Position numbers and translations under genes: made by a program. Shown one piece after another: positions 22,086-36,900 of a stretch of DNA of 64,000 nucleotides. Below the pieces are notes generated by a model. That model saw only the letters and a program-made list of their open reading frames with translations, was not told the DNA's origin and did not search any database. Positions within the stretch are counted from its first letter, which is position 1; each line of letters starts with the position of its first letter. Source of the DNA: Balanoglossus misakiensis (Eukaryota > Animalia > Hemichordata); the NCBI GenBank assembly GCA_040954595.2, contig CM082586.2, positions 2,113,124-2,177,123 on the forward strand, in the 5' to 3' direction.

Positions 22086-25000
22086 AAAATCTATTGTTCT
22101 CAGCACTAGATGTATAATACTTGCATTTAACTGGGTTTGCATGAATAATAAATATTCCAAAAATACATTGGAATTGTATTATTGATTACATGATTACTAA
22201 TTGATACTATGTATGAAAAAAGGAGATAGTACTCAAGATTGATGCTGCCAACAGTTGATGTTGAAAACCAATTCCAGGATGTTTACCAAGGAATGATTGC
22301 CAATTATGGCTTTCTGTTGATTGTAGGGAATTGATTTTAATCCATACATTACCCGAACTGTCAGAATATGGTCACAGAGGATCTTGTCAATTCCACATGA
22401 GACTTTAGTCATTGACAATTTTCTTATTCTTTTTCTGTAACAATTAATACATATGACTAACTTGTAGATGTCAGTGTCCTATTTTTGCACATGCTATACC
22501 TGTTCTCAGATCAATCACAGATTCAGTGATAATGTGATGTCTATCGCATGACATGCGATGGCTCAGATGAACTTCTGTAGTCACATATAATTGGTTGTCT
22601 GTTAGTTTTCAAAAGCTCATCCCTTGTGTGACTAATTGCATCACCTTGTTCACAAAAGCTGACTGAACGCATCATGTTTGAGGTGAACTTTCCAAGACCT
22701 CTGAAAAAACTCAGTGAGTTCCTTGTGAACTTTTGCCGTGCCGCCCTGCACAAATGACATCATTTACTTCCAAGTTAATGCTCCCCTGATTAATCAAAAC
22801 ATTTCAATTTACATGCATGTGGTAGGGCTGATCAGCAAAAACTAATAACCACACCAGTGATTGGTAGGTAAAAGTAATAGGGAATGTGTTGGGCTTTTAC
22901 GTGAACTCAATAAACAAAGCGGTTCCTATTAAACGTCCTTGATCCAGTGAACTTTAAGTCAGTACTGTACTTTTACTATAATGTAACAGGCAGCACATCC
23001 TTATATCAGTAATGTTTTCACAGAACAGGCAATATATTGTATATTCACCATTGGAACATGGTATTGGTTGAGAGCATTACTTTTTCATGCCAGGGACGTT
23101 TGCGACATTCACAGTCGAAATCAGTTTCATATTTTCTGTCTTTTCTACCGTAAATCAGAAAATAAATCTATTGTGATAAAAAGAAAATTCATTTCCATCA
23201 CATTTCAAACAAGTAATCTGTACTCACTCCAACGATGAGAACATACCATATTGATATGTAGCTTATGTGGACTTGGGGAATGGCAGTTGATAAATATTTA
23301 ACACATAACCATCAGTTTTTTTCCATTATAAGCATTATATACTATTGTGGAATTACCCAGAGACACAGGTTCTAACAGTAAATGGAACACCCTGATGAAG
23401 TGCTGTCCATATCCATATTTGTGCAATCCTCAAGACATGGCTGTTTTGCATCATCTTTTGGATAGCAGTGTGACATTTAACTGGGGCTATTTCGTGACTG
23501 CATGTTAAATCCACCGGCCTGCAAAGGCTCCAAGTTATCAATTTGGGAACACTGAAATTGCAACCCTGACTTCTTAAACTCCGTTCATCACACCAAATTA
23601 TGAAAGGCTGATGAAGATTATGATTAAGCGATAATGTGATTAAAAGCCCAGGAGAACAGGTGTATGAATTGAAGGTAGACTATCAATTAAATGTATAATA
23701 AAAAAAAGAATAGGCTTCTGATACGGGGGAGGTGTGATATGACTCAGTGGTTAATGACTTTTGGCATTTAAGATATTGTACAAGTCAAATCACTCCTCTT
23801 GAAGCTGTGTGTTTTCACACGAAGTTGGCAAATGCATTAGTACTGCATTCACAATAATGTTTGTTCATAGTAAGATAAACACAGTCAGAGAAATGGTTTT
23901 CTATACCAGTTCTTTAATTGTCAGATTAATATTTCAGGACTACATAATGATAGGATTGTGGTGAAGGTTGTCATTCTAGTTTAAAGATCTGACCATACTA
24001 CTGGCAATGTACTAGTGTAACAGGACTGGCTAAAGTTAATTATAATCAAATTACTGGTAAAGACATTAATAGGATTATAGTTGAACATTTTAGATTAACC
24101 ACCCTTGCTGTTGGACGTATACAACTGGCTCGATAAACATTTTGACAAAGGGACCAATAATTAGATTTGCTGATTTAATATTTGGTTAAATGCAAATTAG
24201 TTTGATCTCTAGATTCTCGTAATAATATCAAAGTCAAACAAGCAGCAAGGTCACATTGGCAATTGCATTAAATTAAGTAAGTGTGGTGCACAGGTGCTAT
24301 GTAAAATATATGCCACATGGATTAATTATTATTATAAGATGTGTGTCCAATTACCCAAGTCGATGAAAATCAAACATTGCGAGCACAAAGCCATGTATTA
24401 GTGTAATTCATGGTGTACAAGATTAAATTAGGCAGTGGCTCCTGATGTGGTTGTTTGAGAAGTGTACAGTTTTGATTCATCACGCACCGAGTCCACCGAA
24501 GATATCCAACAGATCATCTGCAGTTCATGAGAAGGTTAAGTGGTTACTGACATTTTGACTGAAAATGATCGACATCATTAGACGCCAAACTTTTGTGTAA
24601 GGAGACAAATGCCATCACCTCAGGCATTTAACTAACGTGTAAACCTAAAGCATATTGTAGTCATGTATTTAACTACGTCAAGTATCAGTGTTAACATATC
24701 GGTAGATGGAGGAAGGATAATCTAGATGGAACAAGCATCTCACTGTGAGGAATTCATTTCATCACAAATAATGTGCACAAACTGACAAGGAAAATGATAG
24801 TTTCTTTTAAAAAAAAAAATTTTTTGAAAGATGATGATAGATTCAAACATTTGCCAGTTGATACAGTAGCATGGTTATATACAATAATCTCATCATGCGT
24901 CCCTATATTCTTAAAATTTTACATGGCACTTTATTTTGATTTTCAAGTCATAAAATTGACTTGGGAGAGAATTGAATTTCTTTCCTCTTGGCTGAGGTAC

Positions 25001-28000
25001 ATTTATTGGATCACTTATTCTCTCCATCGTAAACAAAACTTACTGAAAATAATTCAACTTTGATAATAAAATGTTCTGTGTCACTAACGTAACATCTGTT
25101 TACATGGTAGCTGGTAATATCTGTCAAAGGATTATTATATCTCAGAGCCCAACCTCGTAAAATTTGATTTCATTGCATGGGTGACTTTAAATGCAAACAG
25201 CTGATATCTTAATGCAAGCACTCATCCGTAGATTTATGATCCAGTGGATGGAAATAGTTATTTTTTGTGATGCCGGCGGCTAAATAGGAAATGAAATGCA
25301 TCATGTTTCCCAGGATTCACAGGATCTCAAGGCTGCTTTTAAAAACAGGAAAAAAGTTTTCCAGAGCTGCTGACATGATGACTTTGCTGCAAGGAGTAAA
25401 TGTCAGCAGAATTTTAGCAGGACATAAGACTAGTGTATTGCCTGCCCTATTTTCGAGTGATAGAACTTGTTGACTACACCTAGCTCAAGGCTATGAGCAA
25501 CCAGAATCACATCATACACGTGGCATTTCCTTCATAGCCAAATGATATGTACACTCAAACTGACAGTGTGCTTACTGAAGATTAGTTAAACATCATAATA
25601 TTTGGCGCATTTAGTAATATGAACATCAGTAGTAAATTATGAAAACCTGTTGTGTTGCATGTCAGATGTGGCAGAGGTGTTGGTCGTTGACATCTTAAAC
25701 TGAAATTGAACTATGTTTTGGGGGGTATTAACATAATACTGCTATTGTAGTGCTTAACCATGTCCATTAAGAGTGTTTGCTAAAGGATCCATCTGTTTAT
25801 AGTGGATGAGAAAATCTGCAGCTGGTTCCCGTGACTACATGCACAGAGTCTTGAACAAATATGGTTGCTTGGAACATGTCACCAAAACAACGTGTGTGAT
25901 TTCTTCCATAATTTCCATCTGCTGGGGATTTTTCACCATGGCTTTGAGTTTCAATGAAACCTTTGCCTCAATCTTCTCCAAGTTATTGAGGCGCGTTACA
26001 CAGTCATATGATTCAAACTTGCATAAGGATGTACATTGGAAAATTGTCTATTTCTATAGGATTACATTAAGAATTGCCAGAAAACTCATTTTAAATGTCA
26101 TTTATCAAAAACAAAATATCTCAATTAAGAGTTAAGGGCCCCGAAGGTTACATCCTCATGTAGTTTAAATTGGACTTCAGCCTCAAAAGAGTCCTCAAAG
26201 AAAAAGTTATTAGAGACACTTTAAGAGCAATGAAATTATACTGTACCAAGGCTCAAGTGATTGGTATATAGAGGTTTGATACTACCGTATAACAAAGCTG
26301 TTATGGGCACATCTTTTTTATAGCATTAACGACATATAATTTCCCACTTGGCTAACTACATGGTGATGACGTTGAATGCAGATAATCTGGTTTTTCACCC
26401 AACATTATTAGTTCGACATGCCCTTAAGGTGTAACTGCATATTTCACCATCACCAATTCATAAAGATTCTAATTTACTGTATTAGGGGCAATATTAGAAG
26501 CAAAGCCACCCAGTAATGGTCTGAAAAAAATTTACAACACCAATAACCTTTCAGGCATCCCTTTTTCCTATCAAATCTGTATTAATTGTGAATTTATCAT
26601 GTGGCAGAAAGCCTTTAGAATGTTATTTAAATGTTCAGTTTTAATCTGTTCACTTGGACATAATGATTAATTATATGCTATATCCTACAATGGCCTTTAT
26701 TTGATTTTTTCCCGTGATATGCCTGGTAACTGTGCAATTAATGGCTTACACAGAGATCTATTACGGTAAAGTAAAGAGAGCTAGAAAATGCAAGTTTGTT
26801 TAATTACATTTTTCAGTTTTTGCACAAGGTGATGGAATATTTGTATACTTTTATATCGAAATGTATGCATATACGGTCTCTGCTTATGATAATAGGAAGG
26901 CCAGTTTCTTGCTAACAGCTAAGATTTTAACAGCAACTGCAGGCAAGCATCGAGCATGAAGATGCCAAAAGATAGAAAGGTCCAAGGTAAGCGCTTTATA
27001 TGCAAATGACTTAGTGTAACATTTGTTTGGATGGGCTGTGTCCAGACATGACCCCAGACAATGCAATTCAACATTTCATCATAACTCTCACAAAGTCACT
27101 GTTGATTTACATGTATTGAGCTGCACGTAGATGGTGAATTTGAAAAATGAACACTGTGCAAACATAGCTGGAAGAAGTAACAAACAACAAAATTTGGTTA
27201 TAAAAGTACCATAGGTTATTTATAGCTAATGAAGCTATAATTCATACCATTAGATTTGTCATTACGCCCCAGGAGTGGTTTATCAGGGATGAAATAAAGC
27301 CATTGAAAGGTTTTGAGTTTTTCCTGTACTACTTTTTGATAAATTACTGCGGCTGTACCTAAAAGGAAGATTCTACTTTGATATGTGAATAACCGTTTAT
27401 TGATTATTTTCAGTGGGAATAATTTAGACACAGTTGATGGATTTTCATTTGTTCGGGCATCCTTCATGAAATCGATAACTGTGAAAGCCTTCTTGCAAAC
27501 AGATCAACGTACAGAATGCATTTAAATAAAAATGGTTTGAACCATTTGTCAGCTCCCGTGTTCGCACATGGAAGTTGAATGTGTATATCGACAGTTTGTC
27601 TTTAGATTGATTGACACAATGTCTCAAAAATGCCTGATCATAGTTTTTGATGGGTGTGTTTTGAGTAATTGTGCTAATTTGCATAATTAATTGATATCTT
27701 AAAAACATATAATGTAACACATCGTTTTACAACAGTTATTGAGTAAACAATGTTCATTTTTACATTTTTGTAAAAAGATAAATTAAAAATTCACTACAAA
27801 TTAGAATAACTTAATGCTGTTGTCTAAACTGATTCATTTATTTCATTTCAGGAAGTGAATTAAGGTCTCCACATACTTTGTAAGAGGATCATAATCACCC
27901 TTCGATAATTAATGAACCTAAATGACGAAGAAGCGAGGTGATCTTCACACACTCTCAGATTCCAGTGACATGATCAACACATGTTTTTGTGCATGCTGCA

Positions 28001-28676
28001 TGATTGATTATCTGAAGTTGAATTATCTGAATATGATCTTAATAAATTACTACACTAACTGTTTTTTCATCATATTACAACATGTAAATAATGCACTAAT
28101 AGTTAGCAGCTGTCCTTACACACAAACAAACTACCTTAGATTGCAGAATCAATTGCAAATATAATTAATTATGGCAATAGCAAATTCTTATCGTGCTTGA
28201 TATTCAATAACAGTTTTAGCTACTTGCATGCAGAAGGAAGTGCTGTATCAGTAACTCTGTGGTGCTTTAGCATATCTCAGAATGAAAAATCGTATAAATC
28301 AACCAAGAAGAACAATATTTTTCCAAACTGGTATTGTGTTTGCATTATCAGTCGTGAACAGAATTCGATCACTGTGTAAGATCAAAATTTATGTGTAACA
28401 GCCAAGAGCTTGTCCTAATGAGATCGCCTCCTCCTTTGTATGAAGTGAAATAAAAATGAGAGTTGACATTTTAGAGATAAAAGATGCTTTAAGGGGAGAT
28501 GCGTAACAGTGCTCTCTTTGGACCAATTGTAATTGTGTATGCACAGTGGCGAAACCTTTCTCGCGGTGTAGAGTGTGTAAAAATTAAAGTTGACGTTTTT
28601 AAAGATAAGAAATGGGTGTCTTTGTGAGATTATCATGTTTGATCAGTGTTGTTCAGTCTGTTAAAAGCACAAGTTC

Positions 28677-28767
28677 TAACCTTTCTCAACCATAGTTCGA
28701 TCCATAACCATTGTATTATATGGTAAAGTTGAACCTCAGTACAGGGGAATGGCAGTGAAAAGGTTAA
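28677..28767. mobile_element. Small (~90 bp) piggyBac-like MITE, decayed
   Basis: Ends TAACCTTTCTCA... and ...GTGAAAAGGTTAA form imperfect TIRs, with a TTAA at the right end. The interior resembles the reverse complement of 58688-58788. Confidence 0.5.
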
Positions 28768-30579
28768 GCATTTTCATGTACAGTCTGTTTTGTAACATTT
28801 TGAGGGCAAGGTTGTGCAATGTGAATCACCTAGCAATTGTTGAATAAGCAGTGTTTCCACAGTTTCTTCGACTCAGACACAAGGGATCTAGCTACTTCCA
28901 TCCATAGCCTGAGCATCTCAATAAGTGTACCTTTACAGAATCTTTGATAATAATCCTCTGTATTCACAAATGATGTCTCTGAAACGTTTCCAGTTTTACC
29001 CAGTGTGAGCATGGTACAAGTTTCGAGTAGTGTTGGCGACAGACTCTATGGTACCAGATTAGGATCTCCTTATTCTAATAACAAGGAGGGTATTCATTGA
29101 TAATGAAATACTCATAACATTAGCAGACTGTACTGCTTTTTTTCAGCACATCTAAGAAGCCTTCTATAATCTAGACAAGTGCGTTTTTATCAGTGTGTGT
29201 TCAAAGGGTTGTACGTGTTGCATTCAACTTGTCAAGCATGTAAGTTTTAACAGACATCAAATGCCGTAGACATATTCAACTTCAGTGAAATTTCCACTTA
29301 TTTTTCATGACAAATGGCATAAAGACAAGCTTTTAACTTCTATACAAACGAATATTTATATGATTTAAAAGCCATTTAGTGTACTTGGAAGCAATACTTT
29401 TAATATTAGATGGCTTTTTAATTTTAATAGTTATGCTTGTAATTGACAATGTTTCTCAATAATATTCTCCTGCAAAACGACGTTCCAAAGACATTAGTGA
29501 AAACTTTACATTAAATGTAAGAAATGGCCGGAAACAATCAAAGCAGATGTCTGTGAAACATTTGCTATCAATGCACATCTTTAGCTTTGTCTATCTGGCA
29601 GCCCTGTCTGTCTGGCAGCCCTATATAAATTGATGAGTTTTTTGACATTCAGGGTATTTCCTGTGAAAAAGATAAATACAGAATTCCGGTAATCTTATGA
29701 TCCCCCAGTCGTTTTATTTCTCTATTGTGCCTTCTACAATGCAGCAATCAAACCATTTAAAGGGTTTTTCTTTTATCAGACATAAGATTGTGCTTAACTA
29801 TCTTCCCACATTTAGATGCAAAACTGGATTGTTGTTATGGTTACTAAGAGTGTATGATTTTAAGGGATGAAGTAGTGAGTCACATCTTATCTTTTGCATA
29901 CATTTTCATCTTAAGTTCATATATTTTATATGACTACGGAAGTACAGTATATTTTTATGATTAATGTTGTGTATAAGCTGAGAAGAGTATGGTACTACAG
30001 TGTTCTTGAAAAATGTTATCACTCAGAAATATGTGGTCAGTTGTCTATCTTCATCTTCAACGCGTCTTCATTCTAAGACAGGTAAACATGCTCAGTTTGC
30101 GGCAAACTCTGCATTTTATGAGCTGATATATTGACTGCATATATTGCCAAGAGTTACACTTTCGCATGTGCCATCAATTGATAGGTTGAAATGAAAAACA
30201 TTCAAATGTCTGTCAATAAAGCCTTTTTAATTAACTTTTGACATAGCTAATAAATGGTACCTGCCTTTCTTGTGTCACTTATCTCCTATTTTACATGAGG
30301 ATCTGTGCCGTAAAGTGCACTTATTACTGTTTAAATTACGGTCTTTGACATACATTTTCAGTTTTCAATATCACCTGAACATATACCTTGTGAATAATGT
30401 CAATGTAAGGGTGTAACTACACTGTTAAAAGTTGATAATAAGAATCACTTTAATTTAGATGTTGATAATAGAACCAAATTGCTGTTAATTCGACGTTTAG
30501 ATCATGCAACAAAATTGCACCACTGACGTATTAGTTTGTGTGGCGTTCACATTTGTATTTGTATATAAAGATAATGATT

Positions 30580-30960
30580 GGCATGTCAAAGTTTTACGAT
30601 CGTCTTTAATGAATAACCTTCAGGTCCTCATCCTTGACCTGATTTTAGCTCAATCTTTGCAAGTCTCTCAGGTAAATGTAAGAAAACTTATTAAGTATTA
30701 ATCTGCTAAGTGCCTTGGATTCCTAACTTGATAGGTTGACTTTCTGAATGCGATTTGACATTATCAAAGTGGACCTTGTCCTGAATATTTGCAAACCGCA
30801 CTAAATTCCACAAGACGATGTGTTGTTTTAGCGTCAGCTGATTCGTTGGTTTCCTAACGTTGTATTTAATTAAGGATAATTTCAACTTCTGTGCATTTTG
30901 TTTGAACATTGCAAAGATGTCATTTGAATCAAAATTTCTAGTATTGGTAAAGCTGAACAT
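30580..30960 (-). mobile_element. Highly decayed non-LTR retrotransposon (CR1/L2-like) reverse-transcriptase fragment
   Basis: Degenerate RT motifs appear in the expected order across frameshifts on the minus strand: RNFDS...KL..YNVR (cf. KAFD...KL..YGIRG), SQPIKLGIQG (cf. S.GVPQGS), YIYLRDL (cf. IYINDL), RLFIKDD (cf. LFADD). Confidence 0.5.
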
Positions 30961-33900
30961 GTTGGTTCGCGGTGTAATGTTTCATGTTGATCCCAGATTT
31001 TCTCACAGTTTGGAAAGATTTATTGTCCATAAGTGAGCAAGAAATATTTATTTCTCCAAGCTTATCCCTAACTATTCCTTGGCTCTCTACTATGTTAGCA
31101 GTGCTATCCATCTAGATGGAACAGTTGACATACTACTCAGTTGGTGCAAACAAACCCAATGATTGATAAGAATGAACAAACAAAATGTGCACTTGATTGC
31201 AAGACTCTAGGTAAATTTATCAGGGAAGAAGATGTACATCAACTGACATTGAATGAAAAGCAAATTTCCAACTAGATGAAGATTTCTTGACTAACAATGA
31301 CCTTCACATTGTAAATAACCTCGTCTTTCATCAATCGACAGTGGCGACGTATCGTAAGCACTCCCTTTGTAATATATATCTATGCTACCGGAAAACAATT
31401 TATTATAGGTATAAACTATTCTTGTTATCCTTGCAAAAATGATTGCCAATTCAAATTCCATATTGTCTTCGTTCTTCCGTTGTATACAAATTAGGCTTTC
31501 ATGTACCTGCAACGTCCAGTTTGGAATGAATATATGTTAGCGTTTTCCGATTAATTTCCATTTGTAGCTTATTTCACATCCATGAACACTTGTATGTTTC
31601 CATGTAGCAAAATCAATGTCAACAAATGGTATAACAGATCACAGAAACCTGTATGTGAAACGGAATTTCTTTCACAATCACACTGTTTGCCATGATATTA
31701 AATGGTGCATTTTTATGATTATGAAGTACATGTACATAGCATTCTGCGTGGGTGCCCTTGGAAACACTAAACCAAAGAAACAACAGTTGTGACAGTAAAT
31801 TAACGCCACAGTCTTTTAGGTGTTCTCTTTTGTCCATTCCTTAGGATTATTAAGGAAAGACTAGAAATGAGTGAGTTGTGAAAAGACTGATATGGGTATG
31901 GCCGCACCAAAGAAATAATGACATATATGAATAAATCTGTGTTTGGTTTCACACATATGTACCGTACGCACACACAACGCATACACATGTAGATTCTTGG
32001 AATTACAGATGTACAGCATGTTGTTTCATTGCCTGTTTTCATTTGGCAGTATTAGGTACTGCGAATTTGCCTTTTCCTTCATCAGATAGAATTGATTCGG
32101 TAATGTGTTCTGAATTATCCTCTCCTGTCTTTCATCACTTCTTTCATTTCCGGCTTGCAGACATACATGATAACGCAATTGATTAGTCCTGCAGGGTCTT
32201 GTGTGCGTTTCCAATCACTGTAATTGAGGAAAGTGTGTTCAGATTCGCGGCATTTGTATGGTTCTCTCTGGCCGGGTCACTAAAACAACAAATGACATTT
32301 TTAATTGCTTGCCATGTTTCACTAAATGTATCTAAGTTGCAGAAGGTAAGACTGAATCCTGACTGATTAGTGCAATTTTCCTAAAATAGCTTTTATTTTC
32401 ATTCAGTGTAGTTTTAACGACAGTGTAGTTTCAACGAACATTTACATAATTCAAACTATTCAGAAGTAAAAATAACACTTACAGATCTTTCACGAAATTA
32501 TTGTCATTTTCAATCAAGCGTGAGCTGGAATCTGCACCTACTGACAACATTAACTGTAACGATCAAATTCACAAGTGCAAGTAATTTTTATTTACAGGTG
32601 GCCACCATCTGAACTAAACCTGTGCATGGTAACACAGATATATACATACACCTGAACATATTCTGCTGACCTTGACCTCTGCTTAAATGAAGAAGATAAA
32701 ACGAAAATCTCAATGAATAGCATTTGCAGATACTTGTCAGGAGGTTAAAATAGAAAGATACCATCTGACAGGTTTTATGATAAACGTTTCATAGCTTTGG
32801 ACAGTTACATACCCAGCTACTTAGTTAATCTAATATCCAGAAGGCATTGCTAAGTTTGTTATGTTTTGTGTTGGTTGAATTGACACTTCTCTTACTCGCC
32901 AGCTATCAGTGCATATCTTTATAGCATGCAAAAACAGCTACCTTTTATATTGGAATGCCTTTGGGCTTATCTTATTCAGATCTCATACTTTCCGTTTCCA
33001 GTCTCTAGTGAAATATGGATTTCAACCGATTGTTAACAACATTCAGTGGCTGAGAGAGCTGAGTATCACAGCCTTAAGTTCACATTTGTGTGTTTAAAAG
33101 GAATTTCCAGAACTATACAGGATTAAGGTGTAATGGCAGTTGCCATGGTGAGACTAAGACGCTGCTTGAAAAGACTACAGAAGATTCTATATTCATATTC
33201 TCTCTGAACCATTAAGGGCAATTTAAGATAAACATTAATCATATTTCATGATAAAAGATAAAAATTAGATATATATGACAAACATTTAAGATACTTGTTT
33301 CTATAGAAATAGTTAGCCAAATATAATTATAAAGTCAAGGTGTGTTTTTGTAAAACAATGCATATACCGTACTGTGACGATCATCACATATTTCGTTACT
33401 GCTGAAGGAAAAGAATTACTTTTTGAAATTAGCTTCACCATACTAAATGAAAACTTTGATTGTACTAATTAGTTTTACTCATAACATATTTTGATGAGTA
33501 ATCAGACATGAAATGAAAATAATGAAGTAAAAAATGGCATCATCGAAATAATAATTATAAAGCCATTAATTGAGATTTGAAAATGTGTGTAATTATCTCG
33601 AATGAATATTCTCACTTTGGTGTTTCCCCGTGTGGCAGCCAATGACAGTTTCATAAGTGGAAATTCAGGAAATAATGCCATGTGTATGTATAGTTTTGCA
33701 AGTTGATCTGGCTTGGGATTCTTAGCAGACCTTATCTGTTCCTCAGTGAAATGAGTTTAGAAAAATACCACACAGAGATAAGTACAGTCACATGTCAGAA
33801 TAGATCACAACAAATGCTACAAAGCATTACGTTTCCGCTCAGCTGTGATGGATTTCTTTACACATGTTCTTTTGTATGTTCAACGCACGACATAGGTCTG

Positions 33901-36900
33901 CTGACTCCAAACTACTACACTTGCCATGGGAGCATAAGGATGCTGTAATCGATCGCCGTCTCCAGAGTTATATCAGGTGTTGTTGATTAAATTTATCGCA
34001 TGCCACTAGAGCATATCCTTCCTGTAATATCGAAACAAGTGACTCGAGAGAATTGGCAAACCGCGTGAGAGACAGCTGCCACAAGATGATACCGTGACAA
34101 TGAAATGCTATTCTGCGGTAAAGTGGAGATGTGCGTTTACTGGGTTTGCTTGCCCCATCTTTAGCATAATGCATGAACACACCCTAAACATTCAAGAAAA
34201 TAATAAGACACTGTTGAAATGTCATTGCAGACAAGTTTGTCTCTTCAGCAGTACTTTGTTGGAGTCGTGACAGCGAGTTACTTCTCCTCATTCATCAACA
34301 GCCCAGGATATTATCTACAACATCAGAAATCAGTAATACTACTCCGTTGCGAACAGTGGCTCTGTTTCGTTCAAATCTAGACTATCAGTCATTTTGTTCT
34401 AGCACTAAAATCTCTTCCGCTTACAAACATCACCGGATGCTTTTTGTGCCAAGAGGGATCTCAATCTTTGTAGAAGCAAACCGTACGCACTGACAAGTTC
34501 TATTCACCGTCTCTCCATTATCCCTGCATTGTTGGTATATCTGAATTTCTCCATACGTGTGGACTGGTTGTTGTGCATTTTTGTCAAACAGATTTTTTTT
34601 TCAAAGAACTGTGTTGCTGTGTGCACTATACTGTTTAGCGTATCCCCCAAGTGATTTTACAAACATGTACGCTGTTACTGTGAGGAATGGAAAAGTCCGA
34701 AAATATAACGAAAAATAGCCACACAGCATGTTAATATGAATATGCTATTTTGCGGTAATCTTTGGTGGGGGCACAGACAGTATTTAAAACTGTCTTCAAG
34801 CTGGATTTAGAGCAAACACAGTAAGTATATGTGATGCGTATATCGAAAAGCTCTGAGGAGATGCGTTTGTGAAAGGAGAAGTCAGTTATTGACATCACAG
34901 AAGTAAGAGGGAAGCGCATTGTGGTACACATAATAGTTATTAGGTGGAGATAATCTTCACATGAAAGTGCGTGTCGTGATAGGTAAACAAGCTCTTGGTA
35001 TACTGGGATTGGAAAAAATATAGGTCTGCTCTTTGTGGAGAATTTTCATACACCAGGCTGGGTTTTCTTTTTGTGATGTACTACGGTATCTTCATTCCAG
35101 TGGAAGCAATGTATCTTCGCAATGAAGATCTGACGCTAATCAAGGCATAATGGAGATAATACATATTAATCTAAGGGGTTAGAATTGAAGCACGTCACGC
35201 CTAGTCAATTAACTTTCCGCTGCATGGCAGTAGTCAACCTCTGGGTTGATGGGCTTTTTGAATGAGTGACGTTTCGAGGCTTGTTTCACCAATGTACAAT
35301 TGCTTCACAAGTATGAGATTTTGGTAAGTGGGACAGGTGCTTTTATAATGACTTATGAATATTTGATGTAATTTCGGAAACTTGTCAGTTTGTGCATGTG
35401 GTACTAGAGTGCTGTCCTGCCTGTCTTTCCCTTCGTCTCTGTCTTTCTCTCCCCACATATGATACTATACGTCTTTTACAGTGCAGTCAGGCAATGTCGA
35501 ATACCTGCCAAATGAGGTCTTTAATTTGTATGCGGAAGTGGTTCCTATCACTCCAGCCGGCACAAATGCAATGTTTAATTTTGCGGGTATTAATTACAGA
35601 ATGGAATAAAATTGTCTATTTACTGCCTTCAATTAGTGAAATTACTTTTCTCTGAAAGGCCTTTGACATTTAAGTGCATGGCTTAACGAAACGGTCAGGA
35701 TGGTAATCCCAGGGTGCATTTGGGGAATTTACCTTTATCCCTCTGAAGACCAGACGAGTATATCTGTCTCACAATGCTGTCGGCTGGCAGACTTTAAATA
35801 GGATATGAGTATATACTGCTATGAACAGCCACAAGCATAGGAACTTTCCTAAAATATTTAAGTATACCTGTTGAACTTTTTTCATATAAATTATGTTCTC
35901 CTTGCGCAGACAAGGATTGCAGTTTATGATGGCTAAAGTCAAGAAGAAAAAATCTGAATATAATTTCTGGCAATGGTTTCATCGAAATGATATTTTCTGT
36001 TCTGTGATTGTATTGTTCTACGGCTTTGTTGAGATAGTACACTGCACTAGGATTAGTCACACGTGAATGTGTCATTCCCAAGAAATGTGAGCAAAATGTC
36101 CAATGCGCTACATAACTGTGTTTTCTAGGAGTTCTCAGTTTGGTTGCAATTAACAGTACCTGCACAATCCCTGTTTTCACAGCAGTTACAAATAACGGGA
36201 TGGGCTGTTTGCCTGTTGCAGTTACTAAGGCCCCATTTTATTATCTTTTCTGCAAATGAGCAAACGGTGTTTCAGAAGACCAGCCGTTCAAAAGCACGAC
36301 TGATGACACCTTGCTCTAAAATAGGCGATCAATACCCAACCAGAGATGATAACTTTTGCGCCGACATTCCCGGATTTCTATAGAAATCAATGTCAGCCAG
36401 GGTTGCTTTTCAATATAGACACAAAACCCAAGAAGCTCTATAGCGAAACTAATAATGCCTGCTTCTACTTATCCTGGATGAAAGAAACAAAATTACACTG
36501 AGGTTTTTGAATTTTGGACACATGCTGGGTGGAAAATTGAGTTTTGAATAGGAGAATAACGTGAAAGGGATTGGTTTTAATAACACTGCAGAGTTTGATA
36601 TCAGGGACGATATATAATCTAAAGGCTGACACTATAGGAAGTCGAAGCTGTTTTGGAAATACACGTTTGTGTTTTGTGTGCTGAGAAACCGTTACTAGGC
36701 AACGGAAAGTGATATTGAGGCTAACCCACTGAACATTAAGTAATCGGTATTCAGGCTATGTGAGGATAGCAGACTCTTCTCGAGAATTAACTACACTTTC
36801 GTTGTTAAGTCTGTTTCTACCTGAAAAATGGGGGTATCAGCATGGACGTCAGATGGAACATTTGCATGATACAGGGAGATCACACATATTCTTGATGACC

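Noticed and set aside
23730-23800. tRNA-like A/B boxes (TGACTCAGTGGTTAA…GTCAAATC)
   Set aside because: No cloverleaf forms. At most it is a very decayed SINE head.
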